A DNA stretch of 63,819 bases, filler included. It is 9 parts of 9 records of this genome, joined end to end, with 100 filler letters (N's around TTAATTAATTAA, not from the genome) between each part and the next. Parts side by side here need not be neighbours in the genome. Positions count along the whole stretch, not along the records: positions 49,078 to 56,465 come from SRR31147125_50531; positions 56,566 to 63,819 come from SRR31147125_50570; 7 more parts are not named here. One strand, given 5' to 3'. Shown here one piece after another: positions 50,464 to 63,350 of the stretch. Each line of letters begins with the position of its first letter. The stretch's first letter is position 1. The position numbers and the translations under genes are program-made. The notes below the pieces were generated by a model. The model worked only from the letters and a program-made list of their open reading frames with translations. It was not told where the DNA came from and did not search any database.

Positions 50464-52749
50464 TTAATTAATCATGGCGATGCCACCTTTGACAGTAACC
50501 ATAGCATCACCACTCAGTGTCGCCATTGCTCCTTTGACCTCTGCACTGGCAGTACCTTCAAATGTTGCTGTCGCCTGACCTTTGACAGAAGTACTTACAC
50601 TCTCAAGTGCAGCCTGTGCCATACCGAGATCAAGCTTGGATGCACCGGCTTTGAGAATTATACCGCTGTTACTTATCTCAATTGATGAACCGCCTACTTT
50701 GAGAGTTATCTTTGTCTTACCAGTAAGAGTTATCTCCTGAGCGTCTACAGAATCTTTGGAGGTTATTTTTGAAGAGCGTGACTGACTTACCTTGATACTC
50801 TGCGCTCCGGTTACTTCAACATCATCCTTGCCTTTTACCTTGAGAGTCTTGTCGCCATCTATCTTCTTCTCTTCATCGCCGGTAATACTGCTGGTTCGGT
50901 TATTCTTGACTGTCAGAGTTTCATCATTATCAATTGTGGTGGCTCTGTCATTTTTTACTTCATGTGTCTCATCATTATCAATAGTGCTTGTCCGGTCATT
51001 CTTAATGACAATAATTTCATCATTCTCGACTGTCTTGTTGCGATCATTCTTGACCGTAATAGTCTCGTCGTTGTTGACTGTGCGAGTTCGGTCATTTTCC
51101 ACCGTGAGAGTTTCGTCATGTTTGACTGTACCTGTCCGGTCATTCTCAATTGTATATATTTCATCATGCTTTATATCTGTTGTTCGGTCATTCTTGACCA
51201 GAATCTGCTTGTCTTTTTCTGCTTGAATATAAAGAAGTTCTTCATCTTTTTTATCTTCAAAATAGATCTCGTTGAAGTTGTCACTACTTCCTTCAGAGCT
51301 GGAGTGTGACTTTATGCCGTTCTGAGTAGGATTACTGCCGGGGTAGGGTGGATTATTATCATTGTTATAGAGGCTGCCGACAACAAGCGGTCTGTCAGGA
51401 TCACCATTGATAAATTGTACCAGTACTTCCTGACCGATTCTCGGAGTAAAGAGTGCCCCCCAGTTCTTTCCAGCCCAGGAGGTTGCAACCCTTATCCAAC
51501 AGGAACTGTTTTCATCCTTTTTGCCATCTCTGTCCCATGGGAACTGAATTTTTACTCGCCTGAAGTCATCTGTCCAGATCTCTTCACCCGAACTGCCGAC
51601 TACTGTAGCAGACTGCACACCGCGTATCTCAGGTTTGGGCGTTACTTGCGGGGCACGGAAGGTTTCGGCTTTAGGCATGCCAGTAAGTTTGCTGGTAAAT
51701 GAGGGTTCTTCCCCTTCTTCCCCAAACCGTCCAACTTCTCCGCGAAATGCTACATTGTCACGTGAAGAGTAATTCCCGTTATCTATCTGTATCTCATTCC
51801 TGATAATCAGGTAATCTGTATTCTGATCTTTACGGGGACAGTTACTCAGAGAGAAGGTGTAGCCGGTTGCTGCCCCTCGTATCATGGTTGCGCAGCTGAA
51901 CTGATCGTAACCGGTCTGTGCTGCCTGCAGATTTACTTCTGCAAACTTCTCACCATCACTGCCTGTGGCATATGAGTTGCCATATGCTGTGTATTGTTCC
52001 ATACTGTTGTGGCTGTACTTCCTGCTCTGGTTTTTTTTGTTCAAAAGACTACCAGAAGGATTTTTGAAGTCATAAGCATTTACAGACGCATTACAGGTCT
52101 GAAACGCTTTGCGCAGAGACCAGTTGCTGGTGGCATTGAGCCAGTCTATCTTACTTACGCCATTGCCGGTAGAATGACTTGACATGGAGTCTACAATAGT
52201 CATCTCATGCTTGCCGTCTGAGTGCTTGAAGTAATAATACAAACCATTCTGCTCCATCAGTCTATTGATGAAGGCAGCTGTAGATTCATTATACTGGACG
52301 CAGTATGGTAACTCCGGATACTCTCCGGTTACTGAGACAGAGTAGTCATTGAAGCCTGCGTCTCCAAATATTTTCTTGATAATATCCACAACGCTCATCT
52401 TCTGGAATACTTTGCAGTCAGTAGCATGTTCCAGCAGAGCAAACCATGGTCTGATTACGACATGGTATTCAGCAAATACATTGGTAGAGGCTACCTGCCA
52501 GGTCTCTGTACAGATGCCGTTGAAGTAACGGGTGGTATTCCCGTCTTCGTCGCATTTGAGTGCTACAGTGATGCTCTCTCCAATCAGAGAATCAAGATTG
52601 AGGTTCTGATCTGTGCTGACACAGATTGCTTCATAGCTGAATGGTCTGGACAACTCTTCGCTGCCTGTGAGTGAATAGAGCAGGAGCTTATTGTCACCGA
52701 GTGGTGTGCTGATCTGTGCCATTCTCTCGTTCTGTGTATAATCTGCCAT
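50464..52749 (-). CDS. vgrG: Type VI secretion tip protein VgrG/TssI
   Basis: EELSRPF, YCVQYNE, QFPWDR..SSCWIRV, PRIGQEVLVQFINGDPDRP, IQAEKD, gp5-like octapeptide repeats. Confidence 0.95.
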   Translation of the reverse strand: MADYTQNERMAQISTPLGDNKLLLYSLTGSEELSRPFSYEAICVSTDQNLNLDSLIGESITVALKCDEDGNTTRYFNGICTETWQVASTNVFAEYHVVIRPWFALLEHATDCKVFQKMSVVDIIKKIFGDAGFNDYSVSVTGEYPELPYCVQYNESTAAFINRLMEQNGLYYYFKHSDGKHEMTIVDSMSSHSTGNGVSKIDWLNATSNWSLRKAFQTCNASVNAYDFKNPSGSLLNKKNQSRKYSHNSMEQYTAYGNSYATGSDGEKFAEVNLQAAQTGYDQFSCATMIRGAATGYTFSLSNCPRKDQNTDYLIIRNEIQIDNGNYSSRDNVAFRGEVGRFGEEGEEPSFTSKLTGMPKAETFRAPQVTPKPEIRGVQSATVVGSSGEEIWTDDFRRVKIQFPWDRDGKKDENSSCWIRVATSWAGKNWGALFTPRIGQEVLVQFINGDPDRPLVVGSLYNNDNNPPYPGSNPTQNGIKSHSSSEGSSDNFNEIYFEDKKDEELLYIQAEKDKQILVKNDRTTDIKHDEIYTIENDRTGTVKHDETLTVENDRTRTVNNDETITVKNDRNKTVENDEIIVIKNDRTSTIDNDETHEVKNDRATTIDNDETLTVKNNRTSSITGDEEKKIDGDKTLKVKGKDDVEVTGAQSIKVSQSRSSKITSKDSVDAQEITLTGKTKITLKVGGSSIEISNSGIILKAGASKLDLGMAQAALESVSTSVKGQATATFEGTASAEVKGAMATLSGDAMVTVKGGIAMIN

Positions 52750-52858
52750 AATATCACCTCGCTTTGCAGTATATTTCTTATTGAATGATTACTCTATAGC
52801 TTCTCTTTACCTCTAAGATGCATGAATATGGAAATAGTTTCGCCTTTTCCGAGTTATT

Positions 52859-55659
52859 TTACTCAAATTTATAAGTAAATTCTTCATCCGCAACATCAAT
52901 ATCAACACTTTGCAGCTCTCTGCCTTCGAGCATAGTGTCGAGGAATGTGCGACTGATTTCCGGGAGCAGGGTATTGGTGATAATACCATCAATTACACGA
53001 GCACCACTCTCAACCTCATTACAACGGTTACGAATAAGTGAGAGTACTTCTGCAGTGTAATTGAGTGGTATGTCATACCTCCGCCTGACTCGCTTGACAA
53101 CCTTTTCAATCTTGAGTTTGATAATATTATTCATCACCTCATCACCAAGTGGGAAGAATGGTATTGTTACCAGTCGACCAAGAAGTGCTGCAGGGAATAC
53201 TTTGAGGAGCGGTTCATGAAGTGCGTCAGCAAGACCTTCCGGATCCGGCATCATGTCTGGATCTTTGCACATATTGCTGACCAGTTCGCTACCGGCATTA
53301 CTTGTCATGATAATCACAGTATTTCTGAAATCAATCAGCCTTCCTCACCATCTTCCATCCGCCCTTTATCAAACACCTGGAAGAATATCTCATGTACATC
53401 AGGGTGAGCCTTTTCGATCTCATCGAGCAGGACTACGCTGTAAGGACGTCTGCGTACAGCTTCTGTAAGGACACCGCCTTCGCCGTAGCCGACATATCCC
53501 GGAGGCGCACCCTTGAGAGTGGAGACAGTATGGGCTTCCTGAAACTCACTCATATTGATCGTTATCAGGTTGTCTTCTCCTCCATAGAGTGATTCCGCCA
53601 GAGCCAGAGCTGTTTCAGTCTTACCAGTACCGCTCGTGCCGGCAAGAAGGAACACGCCGATTGGTTTATTAGGATCTTCAAGCGATGCACGTGAAGTCTG
53701 GATACGTTTGGCAATAGCTTCCAGAGCGTGATCCTGCCCGACAACCCTTTTCTTGAGAGTGTCAGCGAGGTTGAGAACCTGAGTTATCTGATCGCTGACC
53801 ATATTTCCAAGCGGTATGCCTGTCCAGTCAGCAATTACTGCACCTATGGCATTTTCATCTACAGCTGGGAGGATGAGCGGTTGTTCTCCTTGCAGAGCTC
53901 CTAGTTCTTCTTCAAGACCTTTGAGTTCTTCTTTTGCTGCAGTAATTTCCTCTGCAGACATCTCAGGGGTTGCTTCAATAATATCTGTTACTTCTTTTGC
54001 TTCTACTGCAGGAGTAACTTCAGCAGCTGGTTCTTCTATAACTTCTACTTCCTCTGGTTGATCATGAAGCTCAACAGTCACCTCTACCGGCTCTTCATCA
54101 GAACTTACAGTCTCCCGTAATTTGTTTTTAATTTCGACAATTTTTTCCACAAGTCCTTTCTCTTTGAGCCAGCGTTCTTCGAGTTCCTTGTGGTTTTCTT
54201 TCTCTTGAGTAAGTTTTTCACCAAGTTCCTGCAGGCGTTTGTCATGCTCTTCACCTACGACTTCTTCCTTCTCCAGAATTTCAATCTCAAGTTCTAGTGC
54301 TTCAATCAGTCGTCTGGAATTTTCTACTGCTACAGGTTCAGAGTAATGGCTTATCGCAACTCTGGCACTGGCAGTATCAAGGACGCTGACAGATTTATCA
54401 GGGAGCTGTCTGCCGGGGATGTAGCGTCTGGAGAGGGTTACAGAGGCTGCAAGAGCTTCATCAAGAATCTGTACTTTGTGATGTTTCTGCAGACCTTTAG
54501 AGATGCCGCGCATCATCTGAATGCCTTTGTCGTCATCTGGTTCTTCGATAAGTATATTCTGGAACCTGCGAGCGAGAGCAGGATCTTTCTCGAAATATTT
54601 TTTATACTCACTCCATGTTGTTGCTGCAATTGTACGGAGCTCACCTCTAGCGAGAGCCGGCTTGAGCAGGTTGGCTGCATCACCCTGACCTGCCGAACCT
54701 CCTGCACCGATCAGCGTGTGCGCTTCATCAATAAAGAGGATGATTGGTTTCTCAGAACTCTGTACCTCTTCGATGACTGATTTCAACCTCTCTTCAAATT
54801 CACCTTTCATACTTGCACCTGCCTGCAAGAGACCAAGATCGAGTGAGTGTATCTCGACATCCCTGAGCGGCGGCGGTACATCACCTCTGGCTATGCGTAC
54901 AGCAAAGCCTTCGGCTACCGCAGTCTTACCCACACCCGCTTCTCCGGTCAGGATCGGGTTGTTCTGTCTGCGCCGCATCAGGATATCAATAATCTGGCGT
55001 ATCTCATCGTCACGCCCGACAATGTTATCAATCTTACCCAGCTTCGCACTCTCAGTCAGGTTCTGAGTGAATTGTTTGAGTGCCTCTCCTTTACCCATTT
55101 GGGCAGGAGCTATTGCGCTGCTGGCTTCCCCAGGTTCTACTCCGCCTGTCAGGTTTGAACCGTCTGAAGCGGTCATTGTTTCTTCGGGTGAACCGGCGAG
55201 AACTTTATCAAGGTTGTCACAGTAATCGTCGATATCTATTTTAGAAAATTCATGACTGATACTGAGTAGTTCTTTTCTGAGTGCACTTATCTTGAGCAGC
55301 CCGACCATGATGTGCCCTGAACGTACTGCAGGCTTATTGAAGAGCAGGGAGGTAAAGAGCCAGCCTTCTTTGACTGCATTCTGGAGTGAGTCTGAGAAAT
55401 CTCTGATAGAGGTAGAGCCTCTAGGGAGTTCATCCAGTGATCTGGTCAGATCTGCAGCCAGACGTGAATTATCGAGTTTATAATGATCGACCAGATGTTG
55501 AATATCAGAGTCCTTGAGGGTGAGAACCTGATGAATCCAGTGGACAACTTCAACATAAGGATTACCCCGCATCTTACAGAAAACGGTTGCGCTCTCCATA
55601 GAGCGGTAAGCAACGCTGGTCAATTTACCAAACATTTTACTCCTGCTGATCTCTGCCAT
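52859..55659 (-). CDS. tssH: Type VI secretion ATPase TssH/ClpV, frameshifted
   Basis: [39 protein letters not shown]. An indel at ~53342 restores [19 protein letters not shown] and joins ORF 52859..53317. Confidence 0.93.
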
Positions 55660-55740
55660 TGTCTTTTCCTTTGTCTATATTATACGATATAAGATGAATC
55701 CAATAATATGTAAAAAATGTTTCTTTTGATAATACGTCTA

Positions 55741-56465
55741 TTAAATATTACAGCATACGTGCTGATCTTCTTTGACTTGATAATTCTCTGCTTTAAGCCA
55801 GCTGTTCCAACCGAGACGGTTATCTCCTCCAAGTCTTGTTGAGGGTACTTCTTCAGCTTTCAGTATTAAAATTGCCTCCCATTCCAACTCTTCTCCGTTA
55901 TAGAAACTTATCCAATCCCGCAGCTTTGCTGCATTATCCCCACAAGGCATGAAACTGAGATACTTATTAAATTTCAGCGGCCCCAGATGAAGGCGGAATT
56001 TCATTCGGCAGTCATAAAACTGCACCCCTAGAGTGGCGTGGGTTGTCAATCTGGCTTCACTGCTGCCGAGTCTGCAGCGATACTGCTTGGGAATGATATA
56101 CCAGGCACCAACAAGCTCTTCCAGTCTTACTTGTATTTTGAAGTATCCTTCAAGAATATAGCATAATTTTTCCGGGTTCTTGACTATGCCTGCAAGTGCA
56201 TTAGTGAAATAGGCTTTACTGGCAGATTGCAGACTATCTCTTTTTGTAAATTCTTCACCGCAGGTGCCGCTCAATGCATTGAAGATATTTACAAATGTAT
56301 CTTCTTCCGGTCGATCATAGCTTACCTCCATTCTACCGAGTGCCCATGCTCTGTAGAGAAGCAATAATGAGCGGTGATGAAAGATATTGAGAAAGTCTTC
56401 GAGTGTTGTATCTTTCTTATGCCTTACCTGAGTATAAATATAGTCTGTCAGGTTGAGCGGCATCG
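55741..56465 (-). CDS. tssG: Type VI secretion baseplate TssG, 5'-partial
   Basis: PLNLTDY, DFLNIFHHR..YRAW, FRLHLGPL..YLSFMP, RLGWNSWL. Confidence 0.9.
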
Positions 56466-56565
56466 NNNNNNNNNNNNNNNNNNNNNNNNNNNNNNNNNNN
56501 NNNNNNNNNTTAATTAATTAANNNNNNNNNNNNNNNNNNNNNNNNNNNNNNNNNNNNNNNNNNNN
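56466..56565. other. Artificial contig linker
   Basis: N44-TTAATTAATTAA-N44. Confidence 0.99.
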
Positions 56566-58082
56566 CCCCTGACGCTTTCGGTTATTGCAGTCTGGGGATT
56601 TCGGTTGACGTTACAAAAGCTGCTTTAGAGAACGCTCGTGTCGTTATTGCTCAGATCAACCCTCGGATGCCGAGAACGTTCGGCAGCACCTTTGTTCATA
56701 TCGATCAAATGGACCATATGGTGTGGTATCCGGAGCCGCTGTTGACAGCTATTCCACAGATAATAGACAAAAACGTAGCGCGTCGAATCGGACATTATGT
56801 CGCGCAATTGGTGGGAGACGGTGCCACGCTACAGATCGGTTTCGGGTCACTGCCCTCCGCCATTTTGAAATATTTGGAAAAAAAGCGGAATCTGGGGCTG
56901 CACACCCAACTTATCACTGACGCGTTCCTGCCGCTTTTCGAGAAAAAGGTGATCACCAATACGAAAAAAAACTTCATTTCCGGACAAACGGTTGCTTCCA
57001 TGTGTATGGGGAGCGAGAAATTGTATCAATATATTCACGATAATCCGAGTTTTTATTTTCGCACCTCAGATTATGTCAGCAACCCCACCGTAATTGCACA
57101 AAATGATAATATGATTTCGATTAGTTCGGCTTTGGAAATCGATCTTACGGGTCAGGTTTGTACGGATTCCCTCGGTTTTAAGTTTTATAGCGGCATTGGC
57201 GATCAAGTTGATTTTTTACGCGGCAGCGCCATGTCCAAGGGCGGTTTTTCCATTATTGCCCTGCCATCGACGGCCCGTAACGGGCGAAAGTCACGTATCG
57301 TTCCCCATCTCAGTCTTGGCGCCGGCGTGGCAACCACCCGAGGTGACGTTCATTATATCGTGACCGAATACGGTATTGCAAAGCTGCATGGCAAAGGGGT
57401 CTATCAGCGGGTCATGGCGCTGGTTCAAATCGCCCATCCCGCTTTTCGGTCCCAATTGATCGAAGAGGCCAAGCGACGTCATTATATTTTTAAAGATCAG
57501 ATTCCTCCGTCGATTGAGGATTTGCTGTTTATAGAAGATTACAAAAGTAACTATCTGTTGAAGTCCGGAAAATTGCTTTCCTTCAGACCCCTTTTGCCCT
57601 CGGATGAATTTGACTATCGTAATTTTTTTTACTCACTTCAGAAAGAGACGATTTATAGCCGGTTTTTTTTTCAGATGGAGTTATTCACACATGAAGTGCT
57701 TCAACAGGAGTGGGCGAATATCGATTATCGTAATAATGTGACCCTCATCGGTCTGGATCAAAAAGGCCTTCACGAGGAAATCATAGCTGTGGGCTCTTAT
57801 GCCGAGGGAAGCCCATCAAGCGCTGAAGTCGCTTTTGTGGTTCGGGAAGACTTTCAAAACATGGGGATTGCCTCCTATCTCCTCGATGTTCTGGAGAATA
57901 TCGCCGTAATAAACGGCTACAAGCGATTCGGCGCTTGGGTGCTGGAAGAGAACTCGGCCATGATTCAGGTTTTCACAAAGCGTTACCCCAACGCCAAGGT
58001 GACCCTCAACGAAGAAGACGGGTATCGCATTGAAATGGATTTTTTCGCATCTACGGAAAATCAGTATAACTGGCCCCAATAG
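56566..58082 (+). CDS. Acetyl-CoA hydrolase/transferase fused to a GNAT domain, 5'-partial
   Basis: CSLGISVD, DGATLQIGFG, SGIGDQVDFLRG, VTEYG; C-terminal AEVAFVVREDFQNMGIAS. Confidence 0.88.
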
Positions 58083-58408
58083 TACGGTTTCAAACCAATC
58101 TCCTTTCCCATCCCGTATCCTTTTTATTTTTCCGCGTTTACTCCATAAGCACCTTGTATGGCGAATCATCACTATATGGAAATAGCCATTGCTGTGGATT
58201 GTATGCTTTTCCTGCCTGCCGTAAAATATAATCAAAGAAAAAAGGGGGATCAGATTCGCTTTTCGCCTTATTCCCGGATCAAGTGATCTGAAAGTAATGA
58301 AGCAAGAAAAAATCCAACCCGAGCATTTGATAGTCGTAATTTGCCGAAGTTACAATGGGTGCTTTGACGATTTTGACTTTTTACGATCAAGATAGAAAGG
58401 AGAGAAAA

Positions 58409-58633
58409 ATGATTCTCAAGCAAGTAAGTGATAACCTAAAAATTTTTAAAGACATGGGAATGAACAAATGGCGAGAGACCAAGATGGCCGATTTGAAAAA
58501 AGGGGTGCGCATCAGAATCTACTCGCCCAACGGCAGGCCGTTGGAAACCGGCGGTGACGAAACGTTCATAACACTCACGAACGCGTTTCGTAAACTCGGA
58601 CAGTGGGCCGTGGAAGTGAAGGCAATATCCTGA
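58409..58633 (+). CDS. Small hypothetical protein
   Basis: AAGGAG RBS; 74-aa ORF upstream of the lyase. Confidence 0.5.
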   Translation: MILKQVSDNLKIFKDMGMNKWRETKMADLKKGVRIRIYSPNGRPLETGGDETFITLTNAFRKLGQWAVEVKAIS

Positions 58634-58686
58634 CACGGCATGTCACTGTTGCCCAAACCTCGGTCGTAGATTTTCAGGGAGGAAAA

Positions 58687-59925
58687 ATGGATAAAGACAA
58701 TTGTAATGACAACAAGAAATTGAATGGACAATTACCCGATGAAATCGTGATGTTGGAGCTTTTGCTGAGGGACGGTCTGCAGCATGCCCATAAAACCGTA
58801 CCGACCGAAGCCAAGGTATGGTACGCGGAACAGCTTGTTCGGGCCGGCTATAAATATATTGAAGTCACCAACTTCGGTCATCCGAAACTTCTGGCTCAAA
58901 GTGTTGATGCCGAAGAAGTCTTGGAGCGCGTATGCAAATTGGCGGTCGTCCAGGAGGAAAAGCCCCACCTCAAATGCTACGGCATGACGCGTAAAGCCTT
59001 TGAACGGGCTGCTGATATGGCCCAGAAAGGCTACGCCACCGACAGCATGGCCTTTACCATTTCAGCGGAAGACCTGCATGGTAGCCGAAACTCCGGGCGT
59101 ACACGTAAAGAGTACCTGCAAGAGATTCCAGATATGATAAAGATTGCCCAGGCCAACGGATTTGAGATCGATATGGCCATTGCATGTACCTACGGTTCGC
59201 CCATTGCCGGGCCGGTTCCCATAGAAAACACCTTTGAATTGATGGATTGGGGTATGGATCACGGCATCCGTAATTTCACTCCCTGCGACACCACCGGAGA
59301 GTCCAATCCCAAAAGATCTTTTGAATATATGTCGGCCTTGGTGGACCGTTACGGCAAATATGATGATGAGATTAAATTCAGAATTTCCCATTTCCATGAA
59401 TGCCGGGGACAGAGTCTGGCCAACACGTTTGCGGCAATTTTGGCAGGTGCGCGTGTTATCGAGACCTCTTTAGGCATGGGGGGGCAACCGGCGTTTATGG
59501 TGGATGGTGTTCCCGGCAAGGGCAGTGGCCCCCTTTATACCAATTCGTGGGAAGTCGGCAACTGCCCCACAGAGGATACCCTGGTCATGTTGGACGAGAT
59601 GGGCATCCAAACCGGTATTGATATCGATCTGGTGCTTTCCTTGGGTCGGGTTTTCGAATGGACCATGGAAAAATCCCTGCCGGTTTGGACCACAAAGGCG
59701 GGACGCCCCATCAAGTATCCGGTGGAGTGGTGCATACAGCCAAATAATCTTGAACACATTCCCCCCTACGGTCCGCCGCAGATGTTTTGGGCGTCGCCCG
59801 AGAAATATATTCCCGCTTCCACAGAATATGTCAGCCGCGAGTTCGAAGGACGGACCTACAAGTGGGGCAGGTGCGAAGGAGAAGAAGATGAGTATTGCCG
59901 TATCGAGACGTTTGAAGAGGAATGA
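58687..59925 (+). CDS. HMG-CoA lyase-like DRE-TIM metallolyase
   Basis: LRDGLQ, CDTTG, HFHE, GNCPTED; GGAGG RBS. Confidence 0.8.
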   Translation: MDKDNCNDNKKLNGQLPDEIVMLELLLRDGLQHAHKTVPTEAKVWYAEQLVRAGYKYIEVTNFGHPKLLAQSVDAEEVLERVCKLAVVQEEKPHLKCYGMTRKAFERAADMAQKGYATDSMAFTISAEDLHGSRNSGRTRKEYLQEIPDMIKIAQANGFEIDMAIACTYGSPIAGPVPIENTFELMDWGMDHGIRNFTPCDTTGESNPKRSFEYMSALVDRYGKYDDEIKFRISHFHECRGQSLANTFAAILAGARVIETSLGMGGQPAFMVDGVPGKGSGPLYTNSWEVGNCPTEDTLVMLDEMGIQTGIDIDLVLSLGRVFEWTMEKSLPVWTTKAGRPIKYPVEWCIQPNNLEHIPPYGPPQMFWASPEKYIPASTEYVSREFEGRTYKWGRCEGEEDEYCRIETFEEE

Positions 59926-60055
59926 TTGACGACTGTAGATGAGATAGCGATAAAAAATAAAAATTCGGAAATTACATAACAATGGGTTTCTATGCCGCCA
60001 CGGCATTTACGGACGTCCGGACACGGCGGAAAAATAGCAAACGAGGAGGACAATT

Positions 60056-61626
60056 ATGAATCTGGCAGATGGTTTAAGAATCAATGCTTGGCGTTATCCG
60101 GAAAAGGCGGCGGCGGTTTTCGAAGATCGGCGCGTGACTTACAGCGAACTGAACGACCGTGCCAATCAATTGGCCCACGCCATTCTCAAAAGGGGATACA
60201 ACCGGCAGACCAAGTGTTCGATTATTATGTACAACAATATCGAGTTTCTGGAAATCTATCATGGACTGACACGCGCGGCAATGATTTCCGTGCCGGTCAA
60301 CTTTCGCCTGGTTCCGTCGGAGCTCGAATATATTGTCAACAATTCCGATTCGGAAGCGTTGTTCGTCGGGATCGAGCTGTTTGACAAGCTTCGCCTGGAA
60401 AATATCCCGGCTGTGAAAAAAGATAATATTTTTATCATTGGCCCCAAAGATCGGACTCCGGACGGTTTTATGAATTACGAGGATCTGCTGGCCGGCAATC
60501 CGATCCAGGAACCTGAAAACGTCGAGCAGCGCGAAGACGATATTTTCTTTTTCGGTTATACATCGGGCACCACTGGTTTTCCCAAAGGAGCCATGAACAC
60601 CATTCGCGGTACCTTGGACATCGTAAAAAACGTTTTTGTGCGTACTGCCGGCAAACCCTATATCCAGTTGAACCAGCGGGTGTTGTTGGCCATCATTCCC
60701 ATTTGCCATTCCAATAGTGTCTGGTCGACCCTGATCACTCTCTGGTGCGGCGGTACCAACGTTATTTTTCCGTCGGGGCGTTTCGATCCGGAACAGGTCC
60801 TCGAGCTTATCGATAAAGAAAAGGTGACCACCAGTTCCATGGTGCCCACCATGATCAACCGTATTTTGGAACTGCCGGAAGAGGCCAGGCAAAAATACGA
60901 CATGAGCTCTCTGACCTCCTTGGGAAGCTCTTCGGCACCGTTGTTGACCAAAACCAAAGAAAAGGCCCTTGAATTTTTCAAGAACGTTCGGTTCAGCGAG
61001 GGCTACGGTTCAACCGAAACCGGGGCGTTGACCACGCTTCGCCATAAAGATCAGATGCGAAAGGTGCGCAGTATCGGCCGGCCCAACCCGGGCATTGAAA
61101 TCAAGCTCGTGGATGAGGCCGGCAACATTGTCACCGAGGCGAACAGACAAGGCGTATTATGGGCCAAAGCCCGTTCCGCCTTTATCGGTTATTATAAAGA
61201 TCCCGAAAAAACAAGCGCTTCCATTGACGGAGAGTGGTCATCCGCAGGCGATGTGGCCTATTTTGACGAAGAAGGATACTATTATTTGGCCGATCGAAAG
61301 CACGACATGATTATCAGCGGCGGTGAAAACGTCTATCCAATTGAAATCGAGGAGGTGATCACCCAACTTCCCGAAGTGTCGGAGGTGGCTGTTATCGGTA
61401 TCCCCCATCCCGATTTCGGAGAAGAGGTGAAAGCGTTGGTCAAGTTGAAAAAAGAGACCCCTCATTTGTTTCCACCATTCTTGAGTACTGTAAAGACAAT
61501 CTGGCTGGATATAAGCGTCCGCGATCAGTGGATATCGTGGAAGATTTTCCTCGCACCGCTACCGGAAAAATTCTCAAGCGAATTTTGCGCCAGCCTTACT
61601 GGGAAGGTCAGGAGAGGGCGATCTGA
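60056..61626 (+). CDS. Acyl-CoA synthetase (AMP-forming), frameshifted near the 3' end
   Basis: YTSGTTGFPKG, EGYGSTE, GDVAY, DRKHDMIISGGENVYP. An indel at ~61455-61470 restores LAGYKRPRSV..PRTATGKILKR...* at 61626. Confidence 0.9.
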
Positions 61627-61783
61627 TTGTCAGGATGTTCCGGCCTTTTGATGTTCGACAAGATGATTCCTTTAACAAATGAATGAAGGACGAAAAACGT
61701 AATTTGGGCCTGACCCAATTGAAAAATTGGATCAGGCCGGGAAGGCGAAGCAATTGATGCAACAGGGAGAAAGAGGAGGATAA

Positions 61784-63333
61784 ATGGAAAGAGCGGATTT
61801 GATCGCAGAACTGACCGAGAGAAATCAACGGGTCTTTGAGGGAGGGGGGAAAGGCGGATAGACAAACAGCACGCGGATGGAAAGCTTACCGCGCGGGAGC
61901 GTATTGACATATTATTGGATCAAAAAAGCTTTTCGGAACTGGACCGGTTCAAAACCCACCGGTGCACTGATTTCGGAATGGCGGACAAACAGATTCCCGG
62001 AGACGGAGTGGTGACGGGGTATGGCCATGTCCATGGCCGACCGGTGTTCGTTTACGCCCAGGATTTTACGGTCTTTGGAGGGTCCCTCTCATTGGCCCAT
62101 GCCGAGAAAATCTGCAAGGTCATGGAAATGGCCTTGCGGGTAGGGGCTCCCATTATCGGATTGAACGATTCCGGCGGGGCGCGGATTCAAGAAGGTGTCA
62201 TGAGCCTGGCCGGGTATGGTCGGATTTTCCAAAACAATGTCATGGCATCGGGCGTCATTCCTCAAATCACGGCCATTATGGGACCTTCGGCCGGGGGCGC
62301 AGTCTATTCACCCGCCCTGACGGACTGGATTTTCATGGTGGAAAACAGCAGTCACATGTTCATCACCGGCCCTGAAGTTATAAAATCCGTCACACGGGAA
62401 GTGGTGAACAAGGAGGAATTGGGGGGGGCCATGGCTCACAATGCCAAAAGCGGCGTCGCTCATTTTTCAACATCCGATGATCGCGAGTGCCTGCTGAAAA
62501 TCCGTGAACTCCTCTCTTTTCTACCCCAAAACAACATGGAAGACCCGCCTTGTATGAATTCAGCGGACGATCCTCAACGGCAGGATGAAACATTGCGTCA
62601 GGCGGTGCCGGAAGATCCCAACAAGCCCTATGACATCCGTGATATCGTCCATTCCAATATGGATGAAAATTATTTTTTTGAAATTCAGCCCCATTGGGCA
62701 AAAAACATGGTCATCGGCCTAGGCCGCCTCGATGGGAGACCCGTGGGAGTGATCGCCAATCAACCGGCGGTCATGGCCGGTGTGCTGGACATCAACGCCT
62801 CAACCAAAGCCGCTCGGTTCGTCCGGTTTTGTGACTGCTTCAATATTCCTCTCATCATTTATGAAGATGTCCCCGGATTCATGCCCGGCACCATGCAGGA
62901 GCACGGCGGCATCATCAGGCACGGGGCCAAGCTGATTTATGCCTTTGCGGAGTCCACGGTGCCGCGAATCACCGTCATTACCCGTAAGGCATACGGAGGC
63001 GCCTATATCGTCATGAGCTCCAAACATCTGCGAGGGGATATCAATCTGGCTTACCCCAATGCCGAAATCGCCGTAATGGGAGCCGAAGGTGCGGTGAATA
63101 TTATTTGCCGGAATCAAATCAAGGCGGCGGCGGACCCGGATGCCGAGCGGGAGGAGCAGATAAAATCGTACCGCGAAAAGTTTTCCAATCCTTATAAAGC
63201 CGGGGAACTGGGATATATTGATGAAGTGATTGACCCGGCAGAGACCCGGCCGAAAATCATCCGGGCTCTCCGGATGCTGAAAAGCAAACAGGATAGCAAT
63301 CCACCCAAAAAACACGGTAACATCCCGCTATAG
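61784..63333 (+). CDS. Acyl-CoA carboxyltransferase subunit (PccB/MmdA-like), frameshifted near the 5' end
   Basis: ATG 61784 after GAGGAGG; indel in G-run ~61843-61849; [39 protein letters not shown]. Confidence 0.92.
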
Positions 63334-63350
63334 AAAGGAGAGACGAAAAT

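Noticed and set aside
50770-51200. Periodic DNA resembling a CRISPR array
   Set aside because: The 24/48-nt period comes from coding octapeptide repeats; there are no identical repeats with unique spacers and no cas genes in the window
52859-55659. Programmed frameshifting or pseudogenisation of tssH and other split genes
   Set aside because: Similar indels occur in most contigs from different taxa, so sequencing error is the simpler explanation
60074-60892. 272-aa minus-strand ORF
   Set aside because: Antisense shadow of the acyl-CoA synthetase
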